A stretch of DNA of 64,000 nt from an uncultured Butyricicoccus sp. (GTDB lineage: Bacteria > Bacillota > Clostridia > Oscillospirales > Butyricicoccaceae): assembly GCA_944381965.1 (NCBI GenBank), contig CALWMO010000001.1:5442-69441 (forward strand), written 5' to 3'. Shown here piece after piece: positions 19,813 to 29,507 of this stretch. The translations under genes and the position numbers were made by a program. The number at the start of each line of letters is the position of its first letter. Positions within the stretch are counted from its first letter, which is position 1. The notes below the pieces were generated by a model. That model ran no database searches. It was not told the DNA's origin and saw only the letters and a program-made list of their open reading frames with translations.

Positions 19813-20334
19813 ATGTTTTCAGATGAACAGCTTATAGAGCATATAAGAGGCTTACAACAGGATTTAAGAGTAATTAATGCCAAACACGATGAATTACTCC
19901 CTAAAATAAGTGGTGTTTATGATGTTTTAACAGAAGATGCTGTTAAACGATTTCAAAGAAGATTTGGTTTACCTATAACAGGCAAAACCGATTTAACTAC
20001 TTGGGATAAAATAGTACATGAGTCAAATTTAATACGCAGTAAAAATTCACTTCCACTTGCAGTTAGAGTTTTTCCAAATGCTATGTATGTTGTATCACTT
20101 GGTGATACTGGCAGATTTATTTATATATTACAAGGTATTTTAAATGGTCTTGCAATCGAATTTCCTTATTTGCCTAAAATTGATTATACTGGAGTGTATG
20201 ATTGTAACACTGAGCAAGCTATAAAAATTCTTCAGAAAAATTCTGGTTTACCCCAAACTGGCAAATTAGATGCAGCTACTTGGAATTCTATCTCATTTTT
20301 ATATTCTAATCTTGCAGTTTCACTTGAAGATTAA
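19813..20334 (+). CDS. Peptidoglycan-binding domain protein (two repeats)
   Basis: AVKRFQ..GLPITG..TW and GLPQTGKLD..TW. Confidence 0.8.
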   Translation: MFSDEQLIEHIRGLQQDLRVINAKHDELLPKISGVYDVLTEDAVKRFQRRFGLPITGKTDLTTWDKIVHESNLIRSKNSLPLAVRVFPNAMYVVSLGDTGRFIYILQGILNGLAIEFPYLPKIDYTGVYDCNTEQAIKILQKNSGLPQTGKLDAATWNSISFLYSNLAVSLED

Positions 20335-20338
20335 AAAA

Positions 20339-20372
20339 ACTGCCGAATGAGCTTTAAAGCTCATTCGGCAGT
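20339..20372. terminator. Bidirectional terminator (perfect 34-bp palindrome)
   Basis: ACTGCCGAATGAGCTTT|AAAGCTCATTCGGCAGT between convergent genes. Confidence 0.85.
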
Positions 20373-20383
20373 AAAATTTTTTA

Positions 20384-21661
20384 TTAAATTTTGTCACAGC
20401 CCATATATGGACGAAGTGCCTCTGGAATTGTTACAGAACCATCTGCATTCTGATAGTTTTCAAGAATAGCCGCAACTGTACGACCAACAGCAACACCAGA
20501 ACCATTAAGAGTATGAGCAAATACTGGCTTGCCTTCTGCATTACGGCAACGGATATTAGCACGTCTAGCCTGATAATCAAGGAAGTTAGAGCAAGAAGAA
20601 ATTTCTACATAACGACCATAAGAAGGCATCCAAACCTCAATATCATAAGTGCAAGCAGATGAGAAACCAACATCACCGGTACAAAGCATAACAACTCTAT
20701 GAGGTAGACCTAGCCCTTCCAGTACACGTTCAGCTTCTCTTGTCAGGTTTTCAAGCTGAGTCCAAGAATCCTCTGGAGCAGTAAAGTTTACAAGCTCAAC
20801 CTTGTTAAACTGATGCTGACGGATAAGACCACGAGCATCACGACCTGCTGCACCTGCCTCACGACGGAAACAAGCAGAATATGCAGCATATCTAACAGGT
20901 AACTGCTCTGCTGGAATAATGTCATCACGGAACATATTTGTTACAGGTACTTCAGCTGTTGGTATAAGATATAAATCACTGTCTTCACGACCTAGCTGAT
21001 ACATCTGCTCAGAGAACTTAGGAAGCTGACCAGTACCAGTCATAGATGCACCATTTGCGATAAATGGTGGTAAAATTTCAGTATAACCGCCCTGCTCATC
21101 GGTATGAGTATTTAAGAAATAGTTAATAACAGCACGCTCGAGTCTTGCACCCATGCCACGATAGAAATGAAAACGAGAACCTGTTACCTTACCTGCAACC
21201 TCTGGAAGTAAAATACCCTTTTCTGCACCAATATCCCAGTGTGCCTTTGGCTCAAATTCAAATTCCTTTGGGGTACCCCAGCGACGAATTTCTGGGTTTG
21301 CACTGTCATCCTTGCCTTCTGGAACTTTATCAGCTGGAACATTTGGAATACCAAGAAGTACATCTTTTAACTGAGTTTCAACTTCACTTTGCTTTGCGTC
21401 AAGCTCTTTAACCTTTGCCGCGATTTCCTTCATCTCTGCCATGATAGCAGTTGTATCTTCGCCAGCCTTTTTCATCTGTGGAATTTGCTTGGATACTTTA
21501 TTCTGCTGAGCTTTTAATCCTTCTACTTCACCGATAATAGCCTTACGATTATCATCAAGTTTAATAGCCTCATCAATAGCATCATCATAATTTGTGCCAC
21601 GCATAGCAAGACGCTCTTTTACTTTTTCTGTGTTTTCTCTAATAAAACGAATGTCTAACAT
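20384..21661 (-). CDS. serS: Serine--tRNA ligase
   Basis: [40 protein letters not shown]. Confidence 0.97.
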   Translation of the reverse strand: MLDIRFIRENTEKVKERLAMRGTNYDDAIDEAIKLDDNRKAIIGEVEGLKAQQNKVSKQIPQMKKAGEDTTAIMAEMKEIAAKVKELDAKQSEVETQLKDVLLGIPNVPADKVPEGKDDSANPEIRRWGTPKEFEFEPKAHWDIGAEKGILLPEVAGKVTGSRFHFYRGMGARLERAVINYFLNTHTDEQGGYTEILPPFIANGASMTGTGQLPKFSEQMYQLGREDSDLYLIPTAEVPVTNMFRDDIIPAEQLPVRYAAYSACFRREAGAAGRDARGLIRQHQFNKVELVNFTAPEDSWTQLENLTREAERVLEGLGLPHRVVMLCTGDVGFSSACTYDIEVWMPSYGRYVEISSCSNFLDYQARRANIRCRNAEGKPVFAHTLNGSGVAVGRTVAAILENYQNADGSVTIPEALRPYMGCDKI

Positions 21662-21695
21662 TAGTTTTCTACTCCCTATCTTATAAAAAATTTTA

Positions 21696-22256
21696 TTATT
21701 GTACTTTATTTACAAGTTCTAAATAACGCTCTGCCATAATACCTGTAAATACGGCATTCTGTGCTGTGCCATTTAAACGCTCTAAACCATAGGTATTTTG
21801 CAGATATTGCAGTTCTTCACCTATCGCAGTATCATTATTTTCATCTATTGCTTTTTCAAGCATTGATAAATGATAATAAGCATCTCTTTCATCTAAACGC
21901 TGCTTTAAAACGGTTTTTAAATCTTCATCAGCAGTCATATTAAGCATTGTACGAAGCTCGGAAATTTGCTGTTCTTTCTCTTTTATCGTTGCATCTTGAG
22001 TTGACACTGTTTCCTGTAAAACAAGCAGTTTTTGCTGAACACCTTGCACCGTTGTATCTCTTTCAGCAAGCTCACTATTTAAACTTGCAAGCTGTTTATC
22101 AGCTCTTAACTGTGTTACATAACTAAGAAGTATTAAAACAAGTGCAACACTAAAAAGACCAATAATATAAAACGCTAAATAACGTTTACTTATCTTTTTA
22201 TTTTCTTTTTCACAAGGATTAGTTTCTATTTTTTTTTCTTCCATGTGTTCCTCCAA
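21696..22256 (-). CDS. Hypothetical single-TM coiled-coil protein (start may be ATG 22244)
   Basis: N-terminal TM then heptad-rich helix; lies between parB and serS. Confidence 0.7.
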   Translation of the reverse strand: MEEHMEEKKIETNPCEKENKKISKRYLAFYIIGLFSVALVLILLSYVTQLRADKQLASLNSELAERDTTVQGVQQKLLVLQETVSTQDATIKEKEQQISELRTMLNMTADEDLKTVLKQRLDERDAYYHLSMLEKAIDENNDTAIGEELQYLQNTYGLERLNGTAQNAVFTGIMAERYLELVNKVQ

Positions 22257-22258
22257 AA

Positions 22259-23137
22259 TTAAATTTTTAATTCTCTAAGAGCAGCTGTAAGTCGTTCAAG
22301 GTCTTCCCTATTATAAAATTCAAGCTTTATTAAACCACTTTTTTTACCTTGCTCTATTTGAACCTTTCTTCCTAGATTATTTTCAATTTCTCTTGAGATT
22401 TCACTTAAATAATCTACTTTAAAGATTGGTTTAACTGGAGTATTTGAGACTTCAATTTCATTTGTTTTATTTATATCTTTTGCATATTTTTCTGCCTGTC
22501 TAACCGTCATAGCAGCCATTTTCTCTATAGATTCAAGACGTCTTTCTTCATCTTGAATTGATAAAATAGCTCTAGCGTGACCTGCTGTTATTCCACCTGA
22601 AGCCACCATAAGCTGAGCTTCTTCAGGAAGTGCAAGAAGTCTAAGGGCATTAGCAATACTTGGGCGTGATTTACCAACACGCTCAGCTACTTGCTCTTGA
22701 GTTAAATTAAACTCTTTTATAAGTGTGCTATAACCCTTAGCTTCTTCTATTGGATTTAAGTCTTCTCGCTGTAAATTTTCTATCAGTGCAAGCTCCATAA
22801 CCTTCTGGTCATCTGCATCGATTATAAATGCTGGTATCTCGGTAAGACCTATACTTCTAGCAGCTCGCCAACGGCGTTCACCTGCAATGATTTGATAGTA
22901 TCCATTTTGTACAGTTCTTACAGTTATTGGTGTTATAATACCATGAGTAGAAATAGATTTTTTTAAAGCTTCCATTCCTTCTGGATCAAAAACTTTTCTT
23001 GGCTGCTCTGGGTTTGGCTCTACAAGTGCCATAGGCAATGTAGAAATTCCTGTATTATTTTGCGTATCTTCTCTTAGGCTCTCACCTAATAAAGCACCAA
23101 ATCCCTTTCCCAAGCCACCTTTATTGGTTCTTGCCAC
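22259..23137 (-). CDS. parB: ParB/Spo0J
   Basis: GGLGKG, NPEQPRK, AGERRWRA, ENLQREDL, HTH; GTG start. Confidence 0.95.
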   Translation of the reverse strand: MARTNKGGLGKGFGALLGESLREDTQNNTGISTLPMALVEPNPEQPRKVFDPEGMEALKKSISTHGIITPITVRTVQNGYYQIIAGERRWRAARSIGLTEIPAFIIDADDQKVMELALIENLQREDLNPIEEAKGYSTLIKEFNLTQEQVAERVGKSRPSIANALRLLALPEEAQLMVASGGITAGHARAILSIQDEERRLESIEKMAAMTVRQAEKYAKDINKTNEIEVSNTPVKPIFKVDYLSEISREIENNLGRKVQIEQGKKSGLIKLEFYNREDLERLTAALRELKI

Positions 23138-23157
23138 TAATTTCCCTGCCTCCTAGT

Positions 23158-23937
23158 TTATATTGTGTTTTTCTTTAAAAACTCGTCTGCCATTGAAACA
23201 TAAGCTTCTGCACCACGGCATAGTCTATCATAAGCTGTTATAGGCTGACCATGACTTGGAGCTTCTGAAAGTCTTACATTTCTTGGAATGACAGTAGAAT
23301 ATACACGTTCACCAAAATGCTTTTTAACTTCCTCCACAACTTGAACGGCAAGGTTTGTTCTGCCATCATACATGGTGAGTAAAATACCCTCCATACGAAT
23401 ATTTTTATTAAGTCCTTTTTGTACACTTCTTACAGTAGCCATAAGCTGACTCAAACCTTCGAGTGCATAATATTCTGTTTGCATAGGTACTAAAAAACTA
23501 TCTGCCGCACATAGACATTCAAGTGTTAAAATACCAAGTGATGGTGGACAATCAATTAGTATATAATCATAATCTAACTTAACCTGTTCAAGCACATCTC
23601 GTAAACGATATTCTCTACGCTCAAGTGACAAAAGGTCTATTTCTGCACCTGACAAGTCAGTATTTGAGCCGAGAATATCAACCCACTCAGTATGTATAAT
23701 AGCTTTTTTAGTATCTGGCTTTTCAGCAATTACTAAATCATAAGTTGTTATTTCTATTTCTCTTGGGTCAATGCCAAAACCTGAAGTTGCATTTCCCTGA
23801 GGGTCAAAATCGCAAAGCAAAATGTTTTGACCTTTTTCTTTTAATGCCGCTGCTAAATTTACCGCAGTAGTTGTTTTACCTACTCCGCCTTTCTGATTTA
23901 TAAGTGCGACAATCTTTCCTTGTTTTTTTATCTTGAT
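23158..23937 (-). CDS. parA: ParA/Soj ATPase with probable non-canonical (ATC) start
   Basis: Frame open upstream of 23820 through NQKGGVGKTTT; DPQGNAT, IDCPPSL, IPRNVRLSEAPSHG; in-frame TAA just above the SD. Confidence 0.9.
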   Translation of the reverse strand: MKIKKQGKIVALINQKGGVGKTTTAVNLAAALKEKGQNILLCDFDPQGNATSGFGIDPREIEITTYDLVIAEKPDTKKAIIHTEWVDILGSNTDLSGAEIDLLSLERREYRLRDVLEQVKLDYDYILIDCPPSLGILTLECLCAADSFLVPMQTEYYALEGLSQLMATVRSVQKGLNKNIRMEGILLTMYDGRTNLAVQVVEEVKKHFGERVYSTVIPRNVRLSEAPSHGQPITAYDRLCRGAEAYVSMADEFLKKNTI

Positions 23938-24075
23938 AAAAGGTCGCCCCCCGCCTTAAAATAATAAATTTAAATGCTGTCTAAACTGTATTATATCACA
24001 GCATTAACTAAAAATGAAGTGAAAACACTACGTTTTTCCACATATATTATAAAACAAATATCAACAAATTGCCCT

Positions 24076-24123
24076 AAAAAAATACAAGACTTATATGTTT
24101 CATGTGAAACATACAAGCCTTGT
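24076..24123 (-). terminator. noc terminator containing parS site 6 (24096-24111)
   Basis: 19-bp arms around TGTTTCATGTGAAACA; both mismatches are G-U on the minus-strand RNA; U-tract follows. Confidence 0.8.
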
Positions 24124-24183
24124 TTAAAAAACATACTGTATCATAATCTAATTATTTAAAACTATATCTCTAATCTTTATTTT

Positions 24184-25005
24184 TTATATTCCTTGTTTTT
24201 TGCAGTTTGGAATTAGAATACGGAGCATTACTCCATCATCTTTATCTTCTCGCTCTACTTTTGCTTGTACGCCTGATTCTTTCATAACATCTATTGCTTT
24301 ATCAACCGTATTTAAAAAGAATCTTACATCTTTTATAAGTCTTAAAACATTTTTTGACTTATCTTCTACTGGCTCAGCTAGTAATTTATCTATGTATTGC
24401 TCGGTCTTGCTTACATTTAGTTCATGCTCAATAATATAAGCAGTTGCCTGCATACGTTTATTTTCATCTACGATTCTTAAAAGTGCTCTTGCATGTCGCT
24501 CGGTTAATCCTCCATTTCTTATTAAATCAATATTTTTCTGAGATAATTTAAGTAGCCTTAACTTATTTGCAATAGCACTTTGTGTTTTACCTACTTTTTT
24601 GGCTGCCTCCTCCTGTGTAAGTCCAAAAGTATCAATAAGTTTTTTAAAACCCCATGCTTCTTCAAAAAAGTCTAAATCTCGCCTTTGAAGATTTTCAACA
24701 AGTGCAAGTGCTGATGAATCCTCCTCTGTTGCACTCATAACTATACATGGTACTTCAAGTAGTCCCGCTTGTCTTGCCGCTCTTAAACGTCTTTCACCTG
24801 CGATAAGCTCAAACCCTTCTCCTGTCTTTCTGACAGTTAGTGGATTTAATACCCCATATTGCCTTATTGAATCAGCAAGCTGTGTTATCGCTTCTGGCTC
24901 AAAATATTTTCTCGGCTGATTTGGGTTTCTTGCAATCATGGACAGTTTTATTCGTCTCAACTGTCTTTCATTATTTGCACTTCTAATGTTTAACACCGGT
25001 GTCAT
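24184..25005 (-). CDS. noc: Nucleoid occlusion protein Noc (ParB paralog)
   Basis: NPNQPRK, AGERRLRA, ENLQRRDL, GKTQSAIANKLRLL, LTERHARALL; position between rsmG and parA. Confidence 0.85.
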   Translation of the reverse strand: MTPVLNIRSANNERQLRRIKLSMIARNPNQPRKYFEPEAITQLADSIRQYGVLNPLTVRKTGEGFELIAGERRLRAARQAGLLEVPCIVMSATEEDSSALALVENLQRRDLDFFEEAWGFKKLIDTFGLTQEEAAKKVGKTQSAIANKLRLLKLSQKNIDLIRNGGLTERHARALLRIVDENKRMQATAYIIEHELNVSKTEQYIDKLLAEPVEDKSKNVLRLIKDVRFFLNTVDKAIDVMKESGVQAKVEREDKDDGVMLRILIPNCKKQGI

Positions 25006-25114
25006 TTAACTTCCTCCTTTTTTACTCGGCAAAATGCCTGCTGGTAATAGACTACCATTTTCTGTCAAAAAGTAAAGCAAAATCGACCGCATGATTATTA
25101 TTTCCCCTTGTAAA

Positions 25115-25121
25115 TTCGACA
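25115..25121. promoter_or_regulatory. Possible Spo0A box upstream of noc
   Basis: TTCGACA matches the 0A consensus; a single 7-mer is weak evidence. Confidence 0.3.
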
Positions 25122-25161
25122 TATTTTGCTTTGAAATATGTATTTCCACATATTTTCCGAT

Positions 25162-25198
25162 AAAAAATAACCCTTAGTAATCTTATTACAAAGGGTTA
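25162..25198 (-). terminator. Terminator after rsmG
   Basis: TAACCCTT / AAGGGTTA stem with A-run on the plus strand. Confidence 0.6.
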
Positions 25199-25214
25199 TA
25201 AATTTCGCTTTATT

Positions 25215-25925
25215 TTATTTCCCACCGAGTGGAGAGGCACTTATTTTTGCAAATCTGCGTGGATATTTAGAAGGAGTATCCTTTATTTTTTGAATTTCTA
25301 CCTTTGCACGAACAATATCACTTTGTACAACGGTATAAGTTTTAATTACAGGTTTAGCACCGCCTAAAATCTCAATAGCCTTTGTGGCTTTTTCGACTTC
25401 GTCCTTACAGTCTTGAGCTTTCATAGCTATAAATTTACCACCAACTTTTACAAGTGGTAAAGTAAGCTCACTAAGAACAGATAAATCTGCAACAGCTCTT
25501 GATACAGCAGCAGAAAAGCTCTGACGTTCTTTTAACTCCTCTGCTCTTGCGTGTATGGCAGTTACATTTTTAAGTCCTAACTCAGATATAACTTCATTTA
25601 AAAAATCTATACGCTTTCTAAGAGCATCAATCAGCACAAACTGAGTATCCTCACATAAAATCGCAAGTGGCAGACCTGGGAAACCTGCACCTGTTCCAAT
25701 ATCTATGACCTTTTCCTCGGAAATTATATCTGATGCAATCATAGCACAATCAAGGAAATGTCGGGAAATGACCTCCATAGGTTCGGTTACTGCGGTTAAG
25801 TTCATAACCTTATTTTTCTCAAGCAGCATATCTGAGAATTTCAGAAAGTTATCAACAGTTTGTGGATAAACCTTAGGACAAATTTGTTCTAAACCTTTGA
25901 TTAAAAGTTCTCTTTCTGTCATCAC
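25215..25925 (-). CDS. rsmG: 16S rRNA m7G527 methyltransferase
   Basis: [28 protein letters not shown]. Confidence 0.95.
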   Translation of the reverse strand: MMTERELLIKGLEQICPKVYPQTVDNFLKFSDMLLEKNKVMNLTAVTEPMEVISRHFLDCAMIASDIISEEKVIDIGTGAGFPGLPLAILCEDTQFVLIDALRKRIDFLNEVISELGLKNVTAIHARAEELKERQSFSAAVSRAVADLSVLSELTLPLVKVGGKFIAMKAQDCKDEVEKATKAIEILGGAKPVIKTYTVVQSDIVRAKVEIQKIKDTPSKYPRRFAKISASPLGGK

Positions 25926-27796
25926 TTATCCCCTCCTGTTTCTAAATATATCATAAGTGCAGTTAAATCTGCTGGAGATACACCAGAAATTCTGCCCGCT
26001 TGACCTAAATTTACAGGACGAATTTTAGATAACTTTTGTCGTGCCTCAAGTCTAAGTGAAGGCACATTTTCATAATTTATATCATTTGGAAGTGGTCGGC
26101 TTTCCATTTTTCTAAACTGCTCTACATCATGTAATTGTCTTTTTATATAACCATCATATTTTATTCTGATTTCTACTTGCTCACGGATAACCGCTGGAAG
26201 TTCTGGACGGCTCTTATCAAATGGTGCAAGCATATCATAACCGATTTCAGGACGTCTTAACAAATCGGCAAGCTTACAACCTGATTTAAGAGGAGTTGAA
26301 TTGTTAGAGATTAAAAATTCTTGCATTTCATCGCTTGGTGAAACACTTACCTTTTCCAGTCGTTCCATTTCTTCTGTAACCGTTTTATATTTCTGCTCGG
26401 TTTTTACCAGTCTTTCAGCTGAGTTTAAACCTACTCTAGCACCTATTTTAACCAGTCGCTCATCTGCGTTATCTTGTCTTAATAATAAACGGTATTCTGA
26501 ACGAGATGTCATCATTCTATAAGGTTCTTGTGTTCCACGTGTAACAAGGTCATCAACCAATGTTCCTATATATCCATCTGCTCTATCAAGTATCATAGGT
26601 TCTTCGCCTTTGCACTTAAGAGCCGCATTTATACCTGCTACTAAACCTTGAGCCGCTGCCTCCTCATATCCTGATGAGCCATTAAACTGACCTGCACCAT
26701 AAAGACCAGAAATCTTTTTAGTTTCCAGTGTTGGAAGTAACTCTGTTGGGTCAATACAATCATACTCTATTGCATACGCTGGACGCATCATTTCTGCCTT
26801 TTCAAATCCCTTTAAAGTGTGGAGCATTTCAAGCTGTACACGTTCAGGCATAGATGAAGAAAAACCTTGTAAATATATTTCTTCTGTATCAAGACCCATA
26901 GGTTCTACAAAAAGCTGATGTCTTGGTTTTTCTGCAAATCTAACCACTTTATCTTCAATAGATGGACAATATCTAGGGCCTATACCATCAATCTTGCCTG
27001 AGTAAAGCGGAGATTCAGAAAGATTATCACGAATAACCTTGTGAGTTTGCTCATTTGTATATGTCAAATGACATACAACTTGATTTTCTGGAGCTTTTTC
27101 GGTTTCAAAAGAGAAAGGTATAATTTCATCTTCTCCCTCTTGCACTTCAAGCTCGGTAAAATCAATAGTTCTTCTGTCTATTCTAGGTGGAGTACCCGTT
27201 TTAAAACGCATCAAATTAAGTCCAAGTTCTTTTAAACAACCAGTTAATTTAGTAGCTGCAAACATGCCATCTGGCCCGCCATCATGTATATGGTCACCTA
27301 TAATTATACGTCCACCTAAATATGTGCCTGAACAAATAATAGCCGCTCTGCATTTATATATTGCACCTGTTGGTGTTTCTACTGCTGTTACTTTATTATC
27401 CTCTACATGTATTTTAGTTATTTCAGCTTGTTTTACACTTAAATTGGGGGTAGTTTCTAAAACCCATTTCATATACTTACGATAAGCAAATCTATCTGCT
27501 TGAGCTCTAAGTGAATGAACAGCTGGACCTTTGCCACGATTTAACATTCTATATTGTATGCAAGACGCATCAGCTGCTTTAGCCATTTCACCACCTAATG
27601 CATCTATCTCACGCACTAAATGACCTTTAGCTGTACCACCGATTGCAGGGTTACAAGGCATATTACCAATACTATCAATATTGATAGAAAAACAGACAAC
27701 TTTTAAACCGAGTCTAGCACCAGCAAGAGCTGCTTCTATACCGGCATGACCTGCACCAATAACCGCAATATCAAAACTTCCTGCTTCAAATGACAT
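25922..27796 (-). CDS. mnmG: tRNA uridine-5-carboxymethylaminomethyl modification enzyme
   Basis: [44 protein letters not shown]. Confidence 0.97.
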   Translation of the reverse strand: MSFEAGSFDIAVIGAGHAGIEAALAGARLGLKVVCFSINIDSIGNMPCNPAIGGTAKGHLVREIDALGGEMAKAADASCIQYRMLNRGKGPAVHSLRAQADRFAYRKYMKWVLETTPNLSVKQAEITKIHVEDNKVTAVETPTGAIYKCRAAIICSGTYLGGRIIIGDHIHDGGPDGMFAATKLTGCLKELGLNLMRFKTGTPPRIDRRTIDFTELEVQEGEDEIIPFSFETEKAPENQVVCHLTYTNEQTHKVIRDNLSESPLYSGKIDGIGPRYCPSIEDKVVRFAEKPRHQLFVEPMGLDTEEIYLQGFSSSMPERVQLEMLHTLKGFEKAEMMRPAYAIEYDCIDPTELLPTLETKKISGLYGAGQFNGSSGYEEAAAQGLVAGINAALKCKGEEPMILDRADGYIGTLVDDLVTRGTQEPYRMMTSRSEYRLLLRQDNADERLVKIGARVGLNSAERLVKTEQKYKTVTEEMERLEKVSVSPSDEMQEFLISNNSTPLKSGCKLADLLRRPEIGYDMLAPFDKSRPELPAVIREQVEIRIKYDGYIKRQLHDVEQFRKMESRPLPNDINYENVPSLRLEARQKLSKIRPVNLGQAGRISGVSPADLTALMIYLETGGDK

Positions 27797-27829
27797 AAAT
27801 ACAAACCTCCCTTTTTATGATTTTTTTGT

Positions 27830-27970
27830 TTATACACACTGTTGATAACTCTGTGCATACATTGTATAACTCTGAGTAAAACTTTTTATTTTTGTATAAT
27901 TTTAGAATTTTATTACTGTTAGTATAATTTTTATTTTTTAATTAACATGTTATCCACAGTTTTATTCACA
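27830..27970. promoter_or_regulatory. DnaA-box cluster between mnmE and mnmG
   Basis: TTATACACA 27830, TGTTGATAA 27840, TTATCCACA 27950, TTATTCACA 27962. Confidence 0.8.
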
Positions 27971-28069
27971 GAACATATGTTTCTATACATTTTAGTATGC
28001 TAATGTAATTTTATTAAACACTCAAAATTCTGTGGTTTGTTTTTATATAAAACACGATATATAGCGTTG

Positions 28070-29428
28070 TTATTTGCCCACACAAAATCTGCTGAAAATA
28101 TCTTGTATTATATCATCTCTAACACTCTGACCTGTAAGCTCTCCGAGTGCCGAAATAGCAGACTCTACATCCTGTAATATTGCATCTGGTGTCATACCAA
28201 ATTCGGCTGCATTTCTTGCCTGACGACATGCAATTTCTGCTCTATTTAGTGCATCTGCCTGTCTAGCATTAGTTATAATACCGCCATCAAATACAACATT
28301 ATTCATGCCTGTAACGCTTAAAATTTTATCTCTTAGCTTGTCTATTCCCTCACCAGTTTTAGCACTTATTTCTACTATATGTTCAAATCCTTCAGGAATA
28401 TTTTGTTTAGTTAATCCTTTATCGCTTTTATTTATTACAAGTATTGCCAGTTTAGAATCCTTTGCTGTGCTAAGTGCATTTATATCCTGCTCGTTAAGCT
28501 CATCACTGCCATCTATAACTGCAAGAACTAACGCTGCCTCATCTACAGCCTTTTTAGCACGTTCTACACCTATTTGCTCTACTATATCTTCACTTTCTCT
28601 AATTCCTGCTGTATCTTGCAGTCTAAGTGTTAAAGAGCCTATTCTAATAACTTCCTCTATTGTATCTCTTGTTGTTCCTGCAATATCAGTAACAATAGCA
28701 CGTTCAAAACCTACAAGTGCATTTAAAAGTGTGGATTTACCTACATTTGGTCTGCCGACAATAGCACAAGGTAAACCTTCCCTAAGTATTCTGCCCTGTT
28801 CATAAGATATTCTAAGCTTATGAAGTTTATTTTCCGTATCAAATAAAGTATTTTTAAGTTCACTTTCTAAAAATGGGTCTATATCTTCATCTGGATAATC
28901 TACAACCGCAAGAAAATGTGCAGACACATTAATAAGTTTTTGTCTTAACTCGTCCATACCATTAGCTATTGTGCCTGATATTTGCCCTACTGCATTGTGA
29001 GCTGACTCAAGGGTATGAGCAGCTATAAGGTCGGAAACTGCCTCTGCTTGCATAAGGTTCATTTTACCATTTAAAAAAGCTCGTCTGGTAAATTCGCCCG
29101 CCTCAGCTTGTCTTACACCTTGCTCAAATAATGCAGAAAGAGCTTCACTTAAAACGGCTGGTGAGCCATGCAGTTGAAGTTCTGCCATTTTCTCACCTGT
29201 ATATGTTTTATCTGAATCAAAATGCACAGCCATACAGCTATCGAGCATATTGCCAAATCTATCATAAAGATTACCATATACAAGCATTCTTGATGGCATA
29301 TCTGAAAACTGTTTTTTATTTATCGGCTTAAATATAGTATTTACAGCTTTTATAGCCATATCACCAGACAATCTTATTATACCAATTGCACCACCAGTTG
29401 CAGTAGCGATAGCAGCGATTGTATCCAT
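28070..29428 (-). CDS. mnmE: tRNA modification GTPase
   Basis: DTIAAIAT, GEFTRRAFLNGK, GRPNVGKS, DTAG, NKSD, FCVGK. Confidence 0.97.
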   Translation of the reverse strand: MDTIAAIATATGGAIGIIRLSGDMAIKAVNTIFKPINKKQFSDMPSRMLVYGNLYDRFGNMLDSCMAVHFDSDKTYTGEKMAELQLHGSPAVLSEALSALFEQGVRQAEAGEFTRRAFLNGKMNLMQAEAVSDLIAAHTLESAHNAVGQISGTIANGMDELRQKLINVSAHFLAVVDYPDEDIDPFLESELKNTLFDTENKLHKLRISYEQGRILREGLPCAIVGRPNVGKSTLLNALVGFERAIVTDIAGTTRDTIEEVIRIGSLTLRLQDTAGIRESEDIVEQIGVERAKKAVDEAALVLAVIDGSDELNEQDINALSTAKDSKLAILVINKSDKGLTKQNIPEGFEHIVEISAKTGEGIDKLRDKILSVTGMNNVVFDGGIITNARQADALNRAEIACRQARNAAEFGMTPDAILQDVESAISALGELTGQSVRDDIIQDIFSRFCVGK

Positions 29429-29454
29429 TGCATTTCATTCCTTTCTAAAATTAT

Positions 29455-29492
29455 AAAAAATACGGACAGGCTTTTTATATAGCCCGCCCGTA
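29455..29492 (-). terminator. Terminator after jag
   Basis: TACGG..GGCT / AGCC..CCGTA stem (G-U pairs on minus strand) plus U-tract. Confidence 0.7.
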
Positions 29493-29507
29493 AAACTTAA
29501 ATTTATA

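Noticed and set aside
20339-20372. Perfect 34-bp palindrome as a recombination or telomere-resolution site
   Set aside because: Sits between convergent stop codons with A/T tails and no recombinase nearby; a terminator is sufficient
23158-23820. parA as a truncated pseudogene
   Set aside because: The frame is intact through Walker A with a well-placed SD; a non-canonical start explains it
3107-24111. Repeated 16-mer as a CRISPR or IS-end repeat
   Set aside because: Dispersed over 21 kb with no regular spacers, no cas or transposase genes; matches parS
23974-24159. 61-aa plus-strand ORF
   Set aside because: Runs antisense over the parA promoter region and parS-terminator; no RBS or recognisable domain
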